In this document: in pieces, positions 64,000 through 64,000 of the stretch
Layout of the letters: the number at the start of each line of letters is the position of its first letter
Position numbering within the stretch: the stretch's first letter is position 1
Origin: the human T2T-CHM13v2.0 reference genome, Homo sapiens
Length of the DNA: 64,000 nucleotides
Assembly (NCBI RefSeq): GCF_009914755.1
Contig: NC_060936.1
Strand: one strand, 5' to 3'
Notes under the pieces: generated by a model
Databases searched by the model: none
The model's input: only the letters and a program-made list of their open reading frames with translations
What the model was told of the DNA's origin: nothing
Made by a program: the position numbers and the translations under genes

Positions 64000-64000
64000 G

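Overview
Human (primate) genomic DNA, recognisable as the MORN3-TMEM120B interval (chr12q24.31 from recall, not verifiable here). The left third holds the whole minus-strand MORN3 gene: five coding exons (18688-18544, 8553-8396, 3637-3478, 2463-2279, 2012-1938) splice with GT/AG boundaries into a 240-aa MORN-repeat protein. A non-coding last exon (848 to about 590) carries AATAAA, and a probable distal RFX X-box promoter lies at about 21.8 kb. At the right end are the CpG-island promoter and first coding exon (62129-62197) of plus-strand TMEM120B. The rest is very Alu-dense, with L1, L2, MIR, MaLR and ERV LTR relics, and almost all ORFs in the track are Alu artefacts. I found no new protein-coding system. 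The most notable unexplained items are an orphan housekeeping-type CpG promoter at about 36.1-36.5 kb between divergent CTCF motifs; a cluster of inverted-copy events in MORN3 intron 1 (inverted LTR16 duplication, T17/A17 hairpin, Alu with an inverted target-site copy); a templated duplication in an LTR8; and a roughly 95-bp L1/Alu-tail VNTR. Repeat subfamily names are from recalled consensus sequences and need RepeatMasker/Dfam confirmation.
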